Shown: positions 19,357-28,997 of the stretch, piece after piece
Layout of the letters: each line of letters starts with the position of its first letter
Numbering within the stretch: the stretch's first letter is position 1
Virus record (IMG/VR): IMGVR_UViG_3300034107_000725
Coordinates: 32,001-96,000 of that record
Direction: 5' to 3' (one strand)
DNA from: a virus
Length of the DNA stretch: 64,000 nt
Translations under genes and position numbers: made by a program
Notes under the pieces: model-generated
Told to the model about the DNA's origin: nothing
The model's input: the letters and a program-made list of their open reading frames with translations, nothing else
Database searches by the model: none

Positions 19357-21428
19357 ACCCTATGCCCACACTGCAAGACTTAGCCAAGGTAGCCGCACTC
19401 CGAAGTGAGGTGACGCTGCAACCACACCAGCAGAAGGTAGTCGACCGCATCAACAGCGGCGATAAACGCCTTCTGCTTTATCACGGACTGGGAAGTGGTA
19501 AGAGTCTTTCGTCATTGGCTGCCGCTGAGGCTGCTGGTGACGATTACGACGTTGTGGTCCCTGCAGCTCTGCGGCCAAACTACCAGAAGGAAGTTGCCAA
19601 GTTTACAGAAGGCTCAAACCCAGAGGTTCTGAGCTACACCGGGATTGGTGCAGGCAAGACATTCCAGACATCACCCAAGACAATCATCTTTGACGAAGCC
19701 CACAGACTTCGTAACCCGGGCACAGCGAGCACACAGGCTGCGACAGAGTTGGCCAATGAAGCGGAGAACCTTCTGCTCCTGACAGGCACACCGATCACCA
19801 ACTCACCGACAGATCTGGCACCACTGCTCTCGATGCTTCGCAAAGAGAAGATCACACCAGAGCAGTTTGAGCGAAACTACATTGGACACCGCAAGGTCTA
19901 TCCAACCTGGCTCAGTCGTCTGACAGGACGAGGCGTAGGTGAAGAAGCCTATGTCAAGAATGAAGACAATTTGCGGGAACAGCTCAAAGGCCTGATCGAC
20001 TATCAGCCCAGCAAGACACCGGAAGGCGTAAACGTCAACGAAGAAACGGTACGGGTGCCGCTGAGTCGAGGACAGTCACGCATACAGCAGGCGGTGAGGG
20101 ATAAGATCCCGCCAGAGTATGCCTGGAAGTTGGACAAAGAGTATCCGCTCACTCGAGAAGAGTTGAGTCGGATGAACTCGTTTCTGACGGGACTACGGCA
20201 GTCAAGCCTCTCGACTCAACCCTTTCGCGGTGATCGTGACCCACTCAACGCGTTTGACGAATCAAGCAAACTCCAAAAGGCGTTTGGAGATTTGCAAGAA
20301 ACACTGAAGACAGATCCACGTAAAAAAGCCTTGGTGTATTCCAACTACATCGACGCAGGCCTGGGTCCATATGCAGCAGCTCTTCAGCGAGCCAAGATCC
20401 CGTATGGCATGTATCACGGCAGCATGCCAGTTGAGGAACGTAAAAAAGCTCTTCAAGACTATAACGAAGGAACACTGAAAGCTCTGCTGCTTGGCCCAGC
20501 CGCTGCGGAAGGCATCAGCACACAAGGCACAAGTTTGATTCAGCTGCTTGATCCTCACTGGCATGAGTCACGAGGACGACAAGCCGAAGGACGTGGGCTG
20601 CGATTCGACTCACACGAAGGCTTACCATCTGAGCTGAAAAACGTAGCGATAAAGCGTTATCTATCGGAAAGTCAGGATCCGTCCTTTATAATGTCACTTC
20701 TTGGTGCACGAAGACAACGCACAGGTGACGAGATCTTAGAACGGCTGGCTGCTAATAAAGAGCAGCTCAATAATCAGTTTCGTAAGATCCTTCAGGAGGA
20801 AGGCAGTTCGATGAATAAGCAATCGTCCCACCGCAGGAATGTTCCAATCGGTATTGCCTATGACCCAGAGATGCACGCGGCGTTGATTCGCTGGGAAAAT
20901 GCCAAAAGCAAGCGGTTGTCACCCGGATTGCAGCGACAAGTGCAGGCAAACCTGGGTTGGACAGGCAAACAAGTGGCGGACGACCTGGATCTTGTTGAGT
21001 TGTTGATGGAGCAGGAAGACGCCAAAGAACAAAGCATGAAAGCCACTGGCCCGATACAGGCGTTGGCCAAGATGGCTGCATGCGGCGACACATGCAGATG
21101 CGGGCAGACTGAGAACGAATGCACCTGCTCTGACGTTGAGAAGCTGGCACGCCTGGTCGCCAAACAGGCTTCCGGTGGAGCCTGGACACGAGCGGAGGGT
21201 AAGAGCGAGTCAGGCGGTCTCAACGCCAAAGGACGAGCCAGCCTCAAAGCTCAGGGACAGAACATCAAACCACCAGTGACCGAAGACAAACCTACGGGCG
21301 AGCGAGCTGGGCGTAAGTCCAGCTTTTGTGCTCGTATGGGTGGCATGAAGAAAAAGCTGACCAGCTCAGAGACTGCCAATGATCCAGATAGCCGTATCAA
21401 CAAAGCACTGAGAAAATGGAATTGCTGA
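19353..21428 (+). CDS. SNF2-family helicase/ATPase with a C-terminal basic phage module
   Basis: LQPHQ, HGLGSGKS, DEAH, LLTGTP, helicase-C (EGISTQG, QAEGRGLR); C-terminal AWTRAEGKSESGGLNAKGRAS...FCARM...RINKALRKWNC (DUF6321-like, from memory). Confidence 0.9.
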   Translation: MNPMPTLQDLAKVAALRSEVTLQPHQQKVVDRINSGDKRLLLYHGLGSGKSLSSLAAAEAAGDDYDVVVPAALRPNYQKEVAKFTEGSNPEVLSYTGIGAGKTFQTSPKTIIFDEAHRLRNPGTASTQAATELANEAENLLLLTGTPITNSPTDLAPLLSMLRKEKITPEQFERNYIGHRKVYPTWLSRLTGRGVGEEAYVKNEDNLREQLKGLIDYQPSKTPEGVNVNEETVRVPLSRGQSRIQQAVRDKIPPEYAWKLDKEYPLTREELSRMNSFLTGLRQSSLSTQPFRGDRDPLNAFDESSKLQKAFGDLQETLKTDPRKKALVYSNYIDAGLGPYAAALQRAKIPYGMYHGSMPVEERKKALQDYNEGTLKALLLGPAAAEGISTQGTSLIQLLDPHWHESRGRQAEGRGLRFDSHEGLPSELKNVAIKRYLSESQDPSFIMSLLGARRQRTGDEILERLAANKEQLNNQFRKILQEEGSSMNKQSSHRRNVPIGIAYDPEMHAALIRWENAKSKRLSPGLQRQVQANLGWTGKQVADDLDLVELLMEQEDAKEQSMKATGPIQALAKMAACGDTCRCGQTENECTCSDVEKLARLVAKQASGGAWTRAEGKSESGGLNAKGRASLKAQGQNIKPPVTEDKPTGERAGRKSSFCARMGGMKKKLTSSETANDPDSRINKALRKWNC

Positions 21429-21466
21429 GTGCTTTTTCTCAACCCTCAACTCGTTAGGAGACTCTT

Positions 21467-21967
21467 GTGAAGCAAGCCGCTGACACTGGCCCACAAAGCA
21501 TGCTGCAAAATCTGGTTTTTAACTGCATCGACCTGAGCTTGCTGTTCAAGCATTGCCACTGGAATGTCAGAGGCGTGATGTTTAAACCACTACACGACTT
21601 TCTTCAAACGGTCTACGAAACTCTGTCTGACATCACTGATGACGTGGCCGAGCGTCAGGTGATTATGGGTACTCCGTCCAGCGGCCTGATAGCTGGAGTT
21701 GTAGCCCAGACAGCCATGGATCCTTTACCGGTCAAATTCCTCTCTCCTGAGGAAATTGTTAACGAATTGACCGACCGGCTTACTCAGCTGGTTGAGCAGT
21801 TCAACGACGCGATACGTACTGAACAGAATCCAGTCACCGGCAATATGCTTCAGGACATGACTGCAAGACTTGAGAAACATTTATGGATGCTTCGAAGTCA
21901 AAAGGCAGAGGTTGAGTATGCCACCAAGGTGGCCCTAGCTCGAGCTGCAGTCCATTTACGAGGTTAA
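21467..21967 (+). CDS. dps: Dps/ferritin-like protein
   Basis: HCHWNVRG, LHDFL, DDVAER and LEKHLWMLRS are Dps ferroxidase-centre motifs. Confidence 0.85.
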   Translation: MKQAADTGPQSMLQNLVFNCIDLSLLFKHCHWNVRGVMFKPLHDFLQTVYETLSDITDDVAERQVIMGTPSSGLIAGVVAQTAMDPLPVKFLSPEEIVNELTDRLTQLVEQFNDAIRTEQNPVTGNMLQDMTARLEKHLWMLRSQKAEVEYATKVALARAAVHLRG

Positions 21968-22002
21968 ATTCCGTTGACAATTCCCCAGGAGGGAACGCCA
22001 TA

Positions 22003-24594
22003 ATGCCACCGCCAACCAAATATGGACCAAACACTCCGGCAAGTCCAGTTGCACCGGCTCCCACACCAGTCGCACCCATTCCGGCAAGTCCAGTTGCACC
22101 AGCAGCCACACGTGTTGCACCAGCAGCCACACCAGTCGCACCCATTCAGCACCGGCCAGCCATAGTACGTAGCACGCCGCAAGGTCTGGTTGCTTCGTTG
22201 GCGGATCAACTGCCTTTAGGGTATAAAAATGAAGCTCAGGCGGCGGCCTCCGCTTATCGGAAGCTCAACCCAAAATTAAATTGGCCTTCGGATATCTCAC
22301 ATCGGGCACTCAATCGGCAAGTTCCGGTGAATTACGTGTCAGAGTTTGATGATCCAAGTACTAACGGACAATACCAACCGGCCACAGATCAAATATCTTT
22401 GCGGGCAGGGCTTAAGCCAAAAGCCATGGGAACGACATTGCAGCACGAGTTGACACACGCAACGCAGTTCCAGGGCAATATACCTGTACAACGCAGTTCG
22501 ACTACGCAGCCTATGCTTCAAAAGACGATGGAGAGCCAAAACTACGATCCTGCTACGGCTAGATCGTATTCAAGCTATATGACGGATCCAACAGAACAAG
22601 AGGCTTTCTTGGCGGGGCTTAAGCGAAATCACTATGTACAAACGGGTAAGCATATACGAACTAAAGATGAAGCTCGAAAAATGCTAATGGACTTGCCAAA
22701 CACACCCGAAAATAAGGATCAAGAGGCGTCTATGGGTACTTTGCTTAGGGCTCCGCAACTAAACAATACACCCGAAGGTGCAGCGGCCAAGGCTCAGTGG
22801 ATTGAGTCGCTCAGTAAAATGCTACCCGGACTGGTCCAAGGTAACTCACTAACTCTCGGCAAGACCGCAAACTTCCCAGGAGGGAACGCCATGATGCCAC
22901 AAGCAGCTCCAAACGGTTTCAACCCAAATGTCTTTAGTCACAACAACTTCTCCGGGACTTTCCCGATGAGTCAGGCTTTGCCCGCTAAACCGAACCCACT
23001 GTCCGCAGCACCACAAATGGGTGGTGTGAAAGCTGATGCCAATGGCATTCAGGCTGCGATGGCCAAGCGAGGCTCGCAGGATAACAGTGCTCCTCGTTGT
23101 TCATCCGCTGGTGAGAGTAAGGGTGTTGGTTACAAGATGGATGATGAAGGTCACACGACTGGTGGCAGTGCGTTTAGCACACTTGACAAATACATGAAGA
23201 AAGCTGGGCTTAATAGCTTTCAAACTCAGTTTTTCGGGCGTCTAATTCAGTCTGGCATGAATGAAGCTCAGCTACATCATGCGGTTAAACAAGCTCAAAT
23301 TCAGTTTGGCGAAAAGGTTGCCAGCGAACTGGTTGACGGATTGGAAAAGCTGGCGGTTACACCTTTCTCAGGTGCGGGTCGTCTGGCAAGAGAATTTGGC
23401 ACTGATTTGCTTAACACAGGAACGCGATATGCCGGTAATGCGATTAACGGTATTGGCGGGTTTGCCAGAGGTTTAGTGGGCAAGAAAGTTGCTCCCGGAG
23501 CGTCCGAGATAGGAGCCATGGCACAGCAGGCAGGACGTAAAGCAAAAACGCTCGGTCGTAAGTATGTGATAAATCAGGACGTGGGTACAGGCATGGCAAC
23601 CGGTGCCTTTAACCCGTACACCAGTACGCTATACGACGAACAGGGAAATCTGGACTTAGCCACTACGGCTCGCAATGCAGCCCTTGGTGGATTGGCTGGC
23701 GGTGTTGTGAAGCAAACTCCACTAAGGTGGAACGCAAGACAACGCCAGGAGCAGCTGATGGCAGGCAGCGGTATTGGGCTTGCTGGAGGACATTTGGCAA
23801 ACGCGTTAGGTGCCGATGTTGATCCGACGCGAGCGGCTCAAATTGGAGGTGCTGCGGGTTTACTTCCTCGCAACATCAGAGGCAGGAACATGTCAAAAGT
23901 TATGCCAAAATTTGATCCTACGGACATCGGTGCCCAGGCAAAGAATGTAAGGGCAGCTGGCCGTTACGCTCGTGACGCAGCTAAAAACGCTCCGGAAGGT
24001 AGTTTGGCAAAGGCTACAATGATTGGCGGCGGTTTGGGGCTGGGCGTAGGTATGCCTATGGCAACTTATGCAGGGCTTTCCCAGATGGGGACCAACGCAG
24101 GAAATGCAGCCATGCAGCAGCCTGAAGTGCAATCAACTCTAAAAAGGTTAAATGCTACACAACAACAGGTGCAGCAAGTTGCAGACAAGGTAAACCGGTT
24201 TGCCGCCCCGTTTCAGGATGACAAAGGCCAGTTCGATCTCATGGGCGGGCTTAGACGCCAGCTCGGTTTAGGCGAAGGCGGCACTGGGTTGGGTGCTGTG
24301 GGTGACTACTTGCGACAAAATCCACAGCTGGCCTCTGCCGGTTTGTTGAGCTTGTTGGGCATGGGTACTGGTTACATGGCTGGCGGTGGGCGTGGTGCGG
24401 CTTTGGGCGGCCTGTCTGCTCCTTTGCTAAACTACTTGGTGCAGTCACAACTTGGCGGAAATACCGCACCTGACATAGCTGGTACAAACCAAGCCGCAGC
24501 TCCTGCGGCTTCAGCAACTCCCGGCGTAGGTGAGTTTGACAGGAATCGGGAGAATGAAATCGTACAGCAACAACTCGGCTATAGTCCTAACTAA
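22003..24594 (+). CDS. Large putative virion protein: Pro-rich repeat, zincin-like HExxH domain and glycine-zipper region
   Basis: LQHELTHATQ plus YMTDPTEQEA; KTA, KKA, KLA motifs; Gly-rich hydrophobic C-half. Confidence 0.65.
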   Translation: MPPPTKYGPNTPASPVAPAPTPVAPIPASPVAPAATRVAPAATPVAPIQHRPAIVRSTPQGLVASLADQLPLGYKNEAQAAASAYRKLNPKLNWPSDISHRALNRQVPVNYVSEFDDPSTNGQYQPATDQISLRAGLKPKAMGTTLQHELTHATQFQGNIPVQRSSTTQPMLQKTMESQNYDPATARSYSSYMTDPTEQEAFLAGLKRNHYVQTGKHIRTKDEARKMLMDLPNTPENKDQEASMGTLLRAPQLNNTPEGAAAKAQWIESLSKMLPGLVQGNSLTLGKTANFPGGNAMMPQAAPNGFNPNVFSHNNFSGTFPMSQALPAKPNPLSAAPQMGGVKADANGIQAAMAKRGSQDNSAPRCSSAGESKGVGYKMDDEGHTTGGSAFSTLDKYMKKAGLNSFQTQFFGRLIQSGMNEAQLHHAVKQAQIQFGEKVASELVDGLEKLAVTPFSGAGRLAREFGTDLLNTGTRYAGNAINGIGGFARGLVGKKVAPGASEIGAMAQQAGRKAKTLGRKYVINQDVGTGMATGAFNPYTSTLYDEQGNLDLATTARNAALGGLAGGVVKQTPLRWNARQRQEQLMAGSGIGLAGGHLANALGADVDPTRAAQIGGAAGLLPRNIRGRNMSKVMPKFDPTDIGAQAKNVRAAGRYARDAAKNAPEGSLAKATMIGGGLGLGVGMPMATYAGLSQMGTNAGNAAMQQPEVQSTLKRLNATQQQVQQVADKVNRFAAPFQDDKGQFDLMGGLRRQLGLGEGGTGLGAVGDYLRQNPQLASAGLLSLLGMGTGYMAGGGRGAALGGLSAPLLNYLVQSQLGGNTAPDIAGTNQAAAPAASATPGVGEFDRNRENEIVQQQLGYSPN
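22036..22146 (+). repeat. Imperfect coding direct repeats (PASPVAPA/PTPVAPI)
   Basis: CCGGCAAGTCCAGTTGCACC at 22036 and 22081; ACACCAGTCGCACCCATT occurs twice. Confidence 0.8.
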
Positions 24595-24617
24595 AGAAGT
24601 ATCCAGGAGACACAACG

Positions 24618-25295
24618 ATGCTTGAGCTACCAACCGTCACAGCAATCTGCTACGAAGGCAGTCGGCTGAGTCCTGACCAGATTAAGTACTATGAATTAAT
24701 GCTGCGGCATGTGAATAGGACTGTCCGGTTCAACTCTATCAAGTTTTTTGCTCACACTCCCCACCAGTTTGAAGGAGTTGAGCAGATTGCCGTGCCGCAT
24801 ACTAGCCGAGCCGACTACAGTCAATGGTGCATTCATAACTTGGGAACATACTTTGACACGGAACACGTGTTAATTTTTCAGTGGGATGGTTATCCGCTGA
24901 ACCCACACCTGTGGACTGATGAATTTTTACAGTATGACTACATTGGAGCCCCTTGGTCCTGGAAGCAGCACCATAGATTTCGCCGATCAAACCCAGAGCA
25001 CCTGGTTGGTAACGGGGGTTTCAGTCTTCGCAGCCGTAAGCTATATCAAGAGCTTTTAAAGCACCCTGTAAGCAAAGAAAACGAGGATCTCTACATCTGC
25101 TGCGATTTGCGACCAAAACTAGAGGCCAACGGAGTCAAGTTTGCACCGATGGACGTAGCCAAGCGGTTTGCCGTTGAGGTGCAGCTTTCCCCTGAGCACA
25201 CGATAACAAATACTTTTGGGTTTCACGGTGGGCATAAAAGCTGGGTCGAAGCCATACCATCATACCCACAGTATGCGAACAACTTCCTGCCGTGA
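24618..25295 (+). CDS. DUF5672-like glycosyltransferase-associated protein
   Basis: VLIFQWDG, YDYIGAPW, VGNGGFSLRS, EDLYIC, TFGFHG. Confidence 0.8.
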   Translation: MLELPTVTAICYEGSRLSPDQIKYYELMLRHVNRTVRFNSIKFFAHTPHQFEGVEQIAVPHTSRADYSQWCIHNLGTYFDTEHVLIFQWDGYPLNPHLWTDEFLQYDYIGAPWSWKQHHRFRRSNPEHLVGNGGFSLRSRKLYQELLKHPVSKENEDLYICCDLRPKLEANGVKFAPMDVAKRFAVEVQLSPEHTITNTFGFHGGHKSWVEAIPSYPQYANNFLP

Positions 25296-25691
25296 GTAAA
25301 ATCGCAGCTTATTTCAGATTTCATGGTGGACATGGAAGTCGGATTGAGGCTATAAATACGTAGTCGCAATACACGGGAAGAGTCTTCCACTATGACCTTG
25401 ACCTGCGAAGATGAGTGAGTAGCCAGCTGGGGTGAGGCGGGTCTCTCAATTACCGGACTACACCAGCTGGTAGGTTGTTTGTCTTATCTTCAGGACAAAT
25501 AACAGGACGTTGCCGGAGGGAACACCTCGCTAACGACGTCTCGGGCAACTGTAACGTGATGGATCCATGGAAGTTTTGACTCCTCCGGGTCTCCTTTTGC
25601 TTCCCCGTCACAAACTTGGAGCCGCTATCGCTCGCAGACGATATGCTTCGACTGAGGTAAAGCCCAAAAGGCCGATGCCAGGTGTGGTTGC

Positions 25692-26465
25692 CTAGCTCAT
25701 CTTTTCTTCTTCAGCTGCAGCTTCGGCTGCAGCTTTTTCTTTTAAGCGGTGCTTGTGAGCAACACCCAGTAGACCCGATAGCCCTGAGTATCTTGTGCCT
25801 TCGAACTGACGGGCGTTGACGCAAACAAACCAGTCCACGATGACGGATTCCAGGCTGGTCTGACGCAAGTGCCGGGATGGCTCGATCACTTCAGTGACAA
25901 CCACGCGATCGCCGTAGTGTTCCATAAACTTACGTTGAGTATCGAGGTTGTCTGTGGCGAGAAAGAGCTTCTCGTCGGGACGCAGTTCAGCATCAAGCCA
26001 CTCAAAGAACTCTTCGTCACGCGTGACACCATCGTGGCCCGTTGCCGGTATCTTGTCGGTTCTACGAGCATGGATAGCCAGATAAGACGGAGTCAGGCGA
26101 CTCATCACTTCATCGATACGAGCCTGAGTGCGAGGTCGGGGAATCATATCGTGGAAGTAATAGTTGCTAAACGGATCGTAAGGAGGAAGAAAATCGTAGC
26201 CTTTGTAGTGTGGTTTTTTTGTATCGTCGGTGAACTCTACCCCAGGAATTGGTTCTAAGTGATCCAGATAGCGTCCAGGACAGTCGGCGTTGGGAACCCA
26301 GCAGACGACCAGGATGTTATTGTTGGCTCGGGAGCGTTGCAGGAAGCTGAAAAGAACACGTATACGGTCGGCAAAACCTGTAGAGGTCTGGACCTTGAAT
26401 CGTTGACCTGCCATGATATCGGGGTCTCCTGTGACATGAATAGGGTGTATTATAGTCCAGCTCAA
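25692..26465 (-). CDS. GT-B fucosyltransferase-like protein (NodZ/O-FucT type)
   Basis: LAIHARRTDK, LFLATDN, IVDWFVCVNARQFEGTRYSGLS. Confidence 0.7.
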   Translation of the reverse strand: MSWTIIHPIHVTGDPDIMAGQRFKVQTSTGFADRIRVLFSFLQRSRANNNILVVCWVPNADCPGRYLDHLEPIPGVEFTDDTKKPHYKGYDFLPPYDPFSNYYFHDMIPRPRTQARIDEVMSRLTPSYLAIHARRTDKIPATGHDGVTRDEEFFEWLDAELRPDEKLFLATDNLDTQRKFMEHYGDRVVVTEVIEPSRHLRQTSLESVIVDWFVCVNARQFEGTRYSGLSGLLGVAHKHRLKEKAAAEAAAEEEKMS

Positions 26466-26491
26466 GTCTTCTGCAAAATACGGAATTTGCC

Positions 26492-27283
26492 ATGAAATCT
26501 GTGCATGCTTACAGCTTCGAAACCACTGGGATGGCGATTATCCCAAAAGCCCTGAGTCTTGAGAAGGTAGCTGAGGCCAAGCAGCTGATACAGAATAACT
26601 GGCCGAGCGGTGCTCCCTGGAAGTTTCCTGTGTTGCACCTGGGCCGAGTCTTCTGGGAGATGATGACGCAGCCTGTGATGCTTGAGCTGTGTCAGCAGTT
26701 CGCCGGAGATCACTTCAGAATGGATCACGCCTTCGGTCTGACAAGTAACGGGGCTCACGCTCAACTCCACGGTGGACCGCAATCCAGCCAGTACTCCTGC
26801 TTCTACTTGCCGCTAAGCGGTGCTCAACATCCTGGAATTGCCGGGCAGTTGAACTTTGGGTTTTGCCTGGAAGGACAAAGCTCGTACACAGGTGGATTTT
26901 GCTATATACCGGGCAGTCATAAGTCTGTTGATCCGAGAGCGGGTCGTGAGGTCCTGGCTGAGGTTTACCGTAACGATTTTACTCATCATTCGATCGTAGT
27001 ACCACGCCTGGCAGCCGGAGACATGATTCTGTTCACAGAGGCTCTGATTCATGGTGATACGGGTTGGCGGAACCTCACACCCGGTAGTTGTCGAATGCAG
27101 GTCTATTACAAGATGACACCCGGGTTCATGTGCTGGCGTGACCCTGCGGAAAATGCTCACCTGTTGCAGTATGCCAAGACAGATTTAGAACGACGAATGA
27201 TGGCAGCACCTTGGACAGGGCGGTATAGTGAGACGGCCACGGCCATGGGCATCACCAACTCAAGACGGGAACCAACAGTATGA
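26492..27283 (+). CDS. Phytanoyl-CoA dioxygenase (PhyH)-like 2OG-Fe(II) oxygenase
   Basis: LHGG, CYIPGSHK, AGDMILFTEALIHG. Confidence 0.8.
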   Translation: MKSVHAYSFETTGMAIIPKALSLEKVAEAKQLIQNNWPSGAPWKFPVLHLGRVFWEMMTQPVMLELCQQFAGDHFRMDHAFGLTSNGAHAQLHGGPQSSQYSCFYLPLSGAQHPGIAGQLNFGFCLEGQSSYTGGFCYIPGSHKSVDPRAGREVLAEVYRNDFTHHSIVVPRLAAGDMILFTEALIHGDTGWRNLTPGSCRMQVYYKMTPGFMCWRDPAENAHLLQYAKTDLERRMMAAPWTGRYSETATAMGITNSRREPTV

Positions 27284-28209
27284 AGCTAGCCGTAATCATC
27301 CGCATCCTTGGTAACGAAAATCCACCACGAGACATCCCCGGTGAACGCGTCAAGGTGTTAAAACACATTTTGGAAAACGAACCGCAGCCTCCTGAAGTCG
27401 TACGGTTCTTCATCCTTAACCGAATCGTTTCAGACGAGTACCGTAAAGAGCTTCAGACTTTGCTGGAGTCTTACCAGCTTCCAGTGGTGATAATTCCGTT
27501 TAACTGGCGGATAAAAACCACTGTGGAATCGGTGGCTATCCACGGAATTGCGATCAACCATGCCCGTAATGTTGCCATTGCCTGTGGGGCAAACGTCGCT
27601 CGTTACACGATCGTGCTTGACGGTGACTGTGGGTTCACGGAAGAAGGTCTGTCTCCAGTGTTAGAAGAGATGAGACGAGACAGGTACAAGTATCTCAGCA
27701 TCCCACACCGAAGAGACGGGCAGGAGCGGCAAGGCGAACCCATGCTGGCGTTTCGTAACGACTCAGAGCTTAGGTTTGACGAGCTCTTGGCGTTTGGGCA
27801 AAAGGATAAATTAGAGCTGCTGTTCCAGCTGGGCCATGATCCAACACCATACTCTGGACACCTTAAGATTGAAGGAGACCAGACCAAGTTGGTAGGCGAA
27901 GTCATACACTACGCGACAGGCGAACCGGAGATTGAAGCGGACAACAAAGCCAGAGAAGCCGCTCGTCGTGCGTCTTTACAGGGGCTTGCAAGACAAATAG
28001 TAAAGCAAAAAGCCGAACGACTGCAGGAACAACGAAGACTCAGATACGAGATAGTCAGGCGGGAATGGGAAAAAAAAACTACAGGCTCTTCCATTCAGCG
28101 ATTTGATGGACACGGCAAACTAGACACTGTTACAATGATTTGCAGCTGTGGTTTGCCACAGTGTAGCTCTTTCAGGGACGAAGGAGGTTCGCCATGCAAG
28201 TATCTTTGA
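27280..28209 (+). CDS. Hypothetical protein, possibly GT-A related
   Basis: INHARNVAI and IVLDGDCGF resemble a GT-A DxD region. Confidence 0.45.
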   Translation: MKLAVIIRILGNENPPRDIPGERVKVLKHILENEPQPPEVVRFFILNRIVSDEYRKELQTLLESYQLPVVIIPFNWRIKTTVESVAIHGIAINHARNVAIACGANVARYTIVLDGDCGFTEEGLSPVLEEMRRDRYKYLSIPHRRDGQERQGEPMLAFRNDSELRFDELLAFGQKDKLELLFQLGHDPTPYSGHLKIEGDQTKLVGEVIHYATGEPEIEADNKAREAARRASLQGLARQIVKQKAERLQEQRRLRYEIVRREWEKKTTGSSIQRFDGHGKLDTVTMICSCGLPQCSSFRDEGGSPCKYL

Positions 28210-28326
28210 AAGGCAGGTGATCGTATCTCGGTCGTGCCCGCCCCAGAAAATACTGTTAGGACGGGCACGATTCGTTCTCTGTGAATTCCAGGCAAGGATA
28301 TCTCTGTGCTAAAGTGGCTTCCGAAG

Positions 28327-28932
28327 ATGTACGACACAGGCTTCGACAAACTTGAACAGATTCTGGCCCAACAGGCACAGATTCTGAAAAATCAAGAAAC
28401 CCTGGGGCAAGAGCTTAAAGCCCAGGTTGTCAAATTGATTGACTTGGTTCAAAAAAACGGAACCAAGAAGAAACCAGGTCCGCTACTCGTAATCATTGCA
28501 GGAGAAGACCAAATGGCTGACAAAATTCTGTTCCGCGTCGTGCTTCCAGCACCATCCGCAGCTGACGTTGTAACACGTGAGCTTACTGTTGACATCAACG
28601 GCACCGTACAGGTGCTGACATTGGCTGTTGAAGATTCCAACCCGCTGGAGTTCAGCGGTGATCAAGGTGCACAGGTTTCTGTCTCCTTGGTAGACATTGA
28701 CGATTTCGGCAATCGTTCAGCAGCAACATCGACGATGCCGCAGCAACTGGCAGATAACTTTGCTCCACCTGCTCCAGGTGATCTTGGTTTTGAACTTGTT
28801 GGTGAGATTCTTGACGACACAATCGAGATCTCAGAAGAAGCAGCTGAACCAGAGATCTCCGCAGTTGATACCGCGGACGACCTGGATGCAGATACGATTG
28901 ATGACTCGGAAGACGAGTTTTTGATTGGCTAA
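28327..28932 (+). CDS. Acidic beta-rich (Ig/FN3-like) protein, possible second start at 28513
   Basis: Beta-strand pattern with DIDDFGNRS and FAPPAPG; acidic tail; GGAG RBS before ATG 28513. Confidence 0.55.
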   Translation: MYDTGFDKLEQILAQQAQILKNQETLGQELKAQVVKLIDLVQKNGTKKKPGPLLVIIAGEDQMADKILFRVVLPAPSAADVVTRELTVDINGTVQVLTLAVEDSNPLEFSGDQGAQVSVSLVDIDDFGNRSAATSTMPQQLADNFAPPAPGDLGFELVGEILDDTIEISEEAAEPEISAVDTADDLDADTIDDSEDEFLIG

Positions 28933-28997
28933 GTTCGGATAATACTGGGACCTGAAGCTGTGGCCACAATTTCAGGTCCTTTCTCTAGATCTCAAGG

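Noticed and set aside
28070-28078. A9 run as a programmed frameshift or phase-variation site
   Set aside because: Alternative frames stop within a few codons and reveal no recognisable domain; it may simply encode Glu-Lys-Lys.
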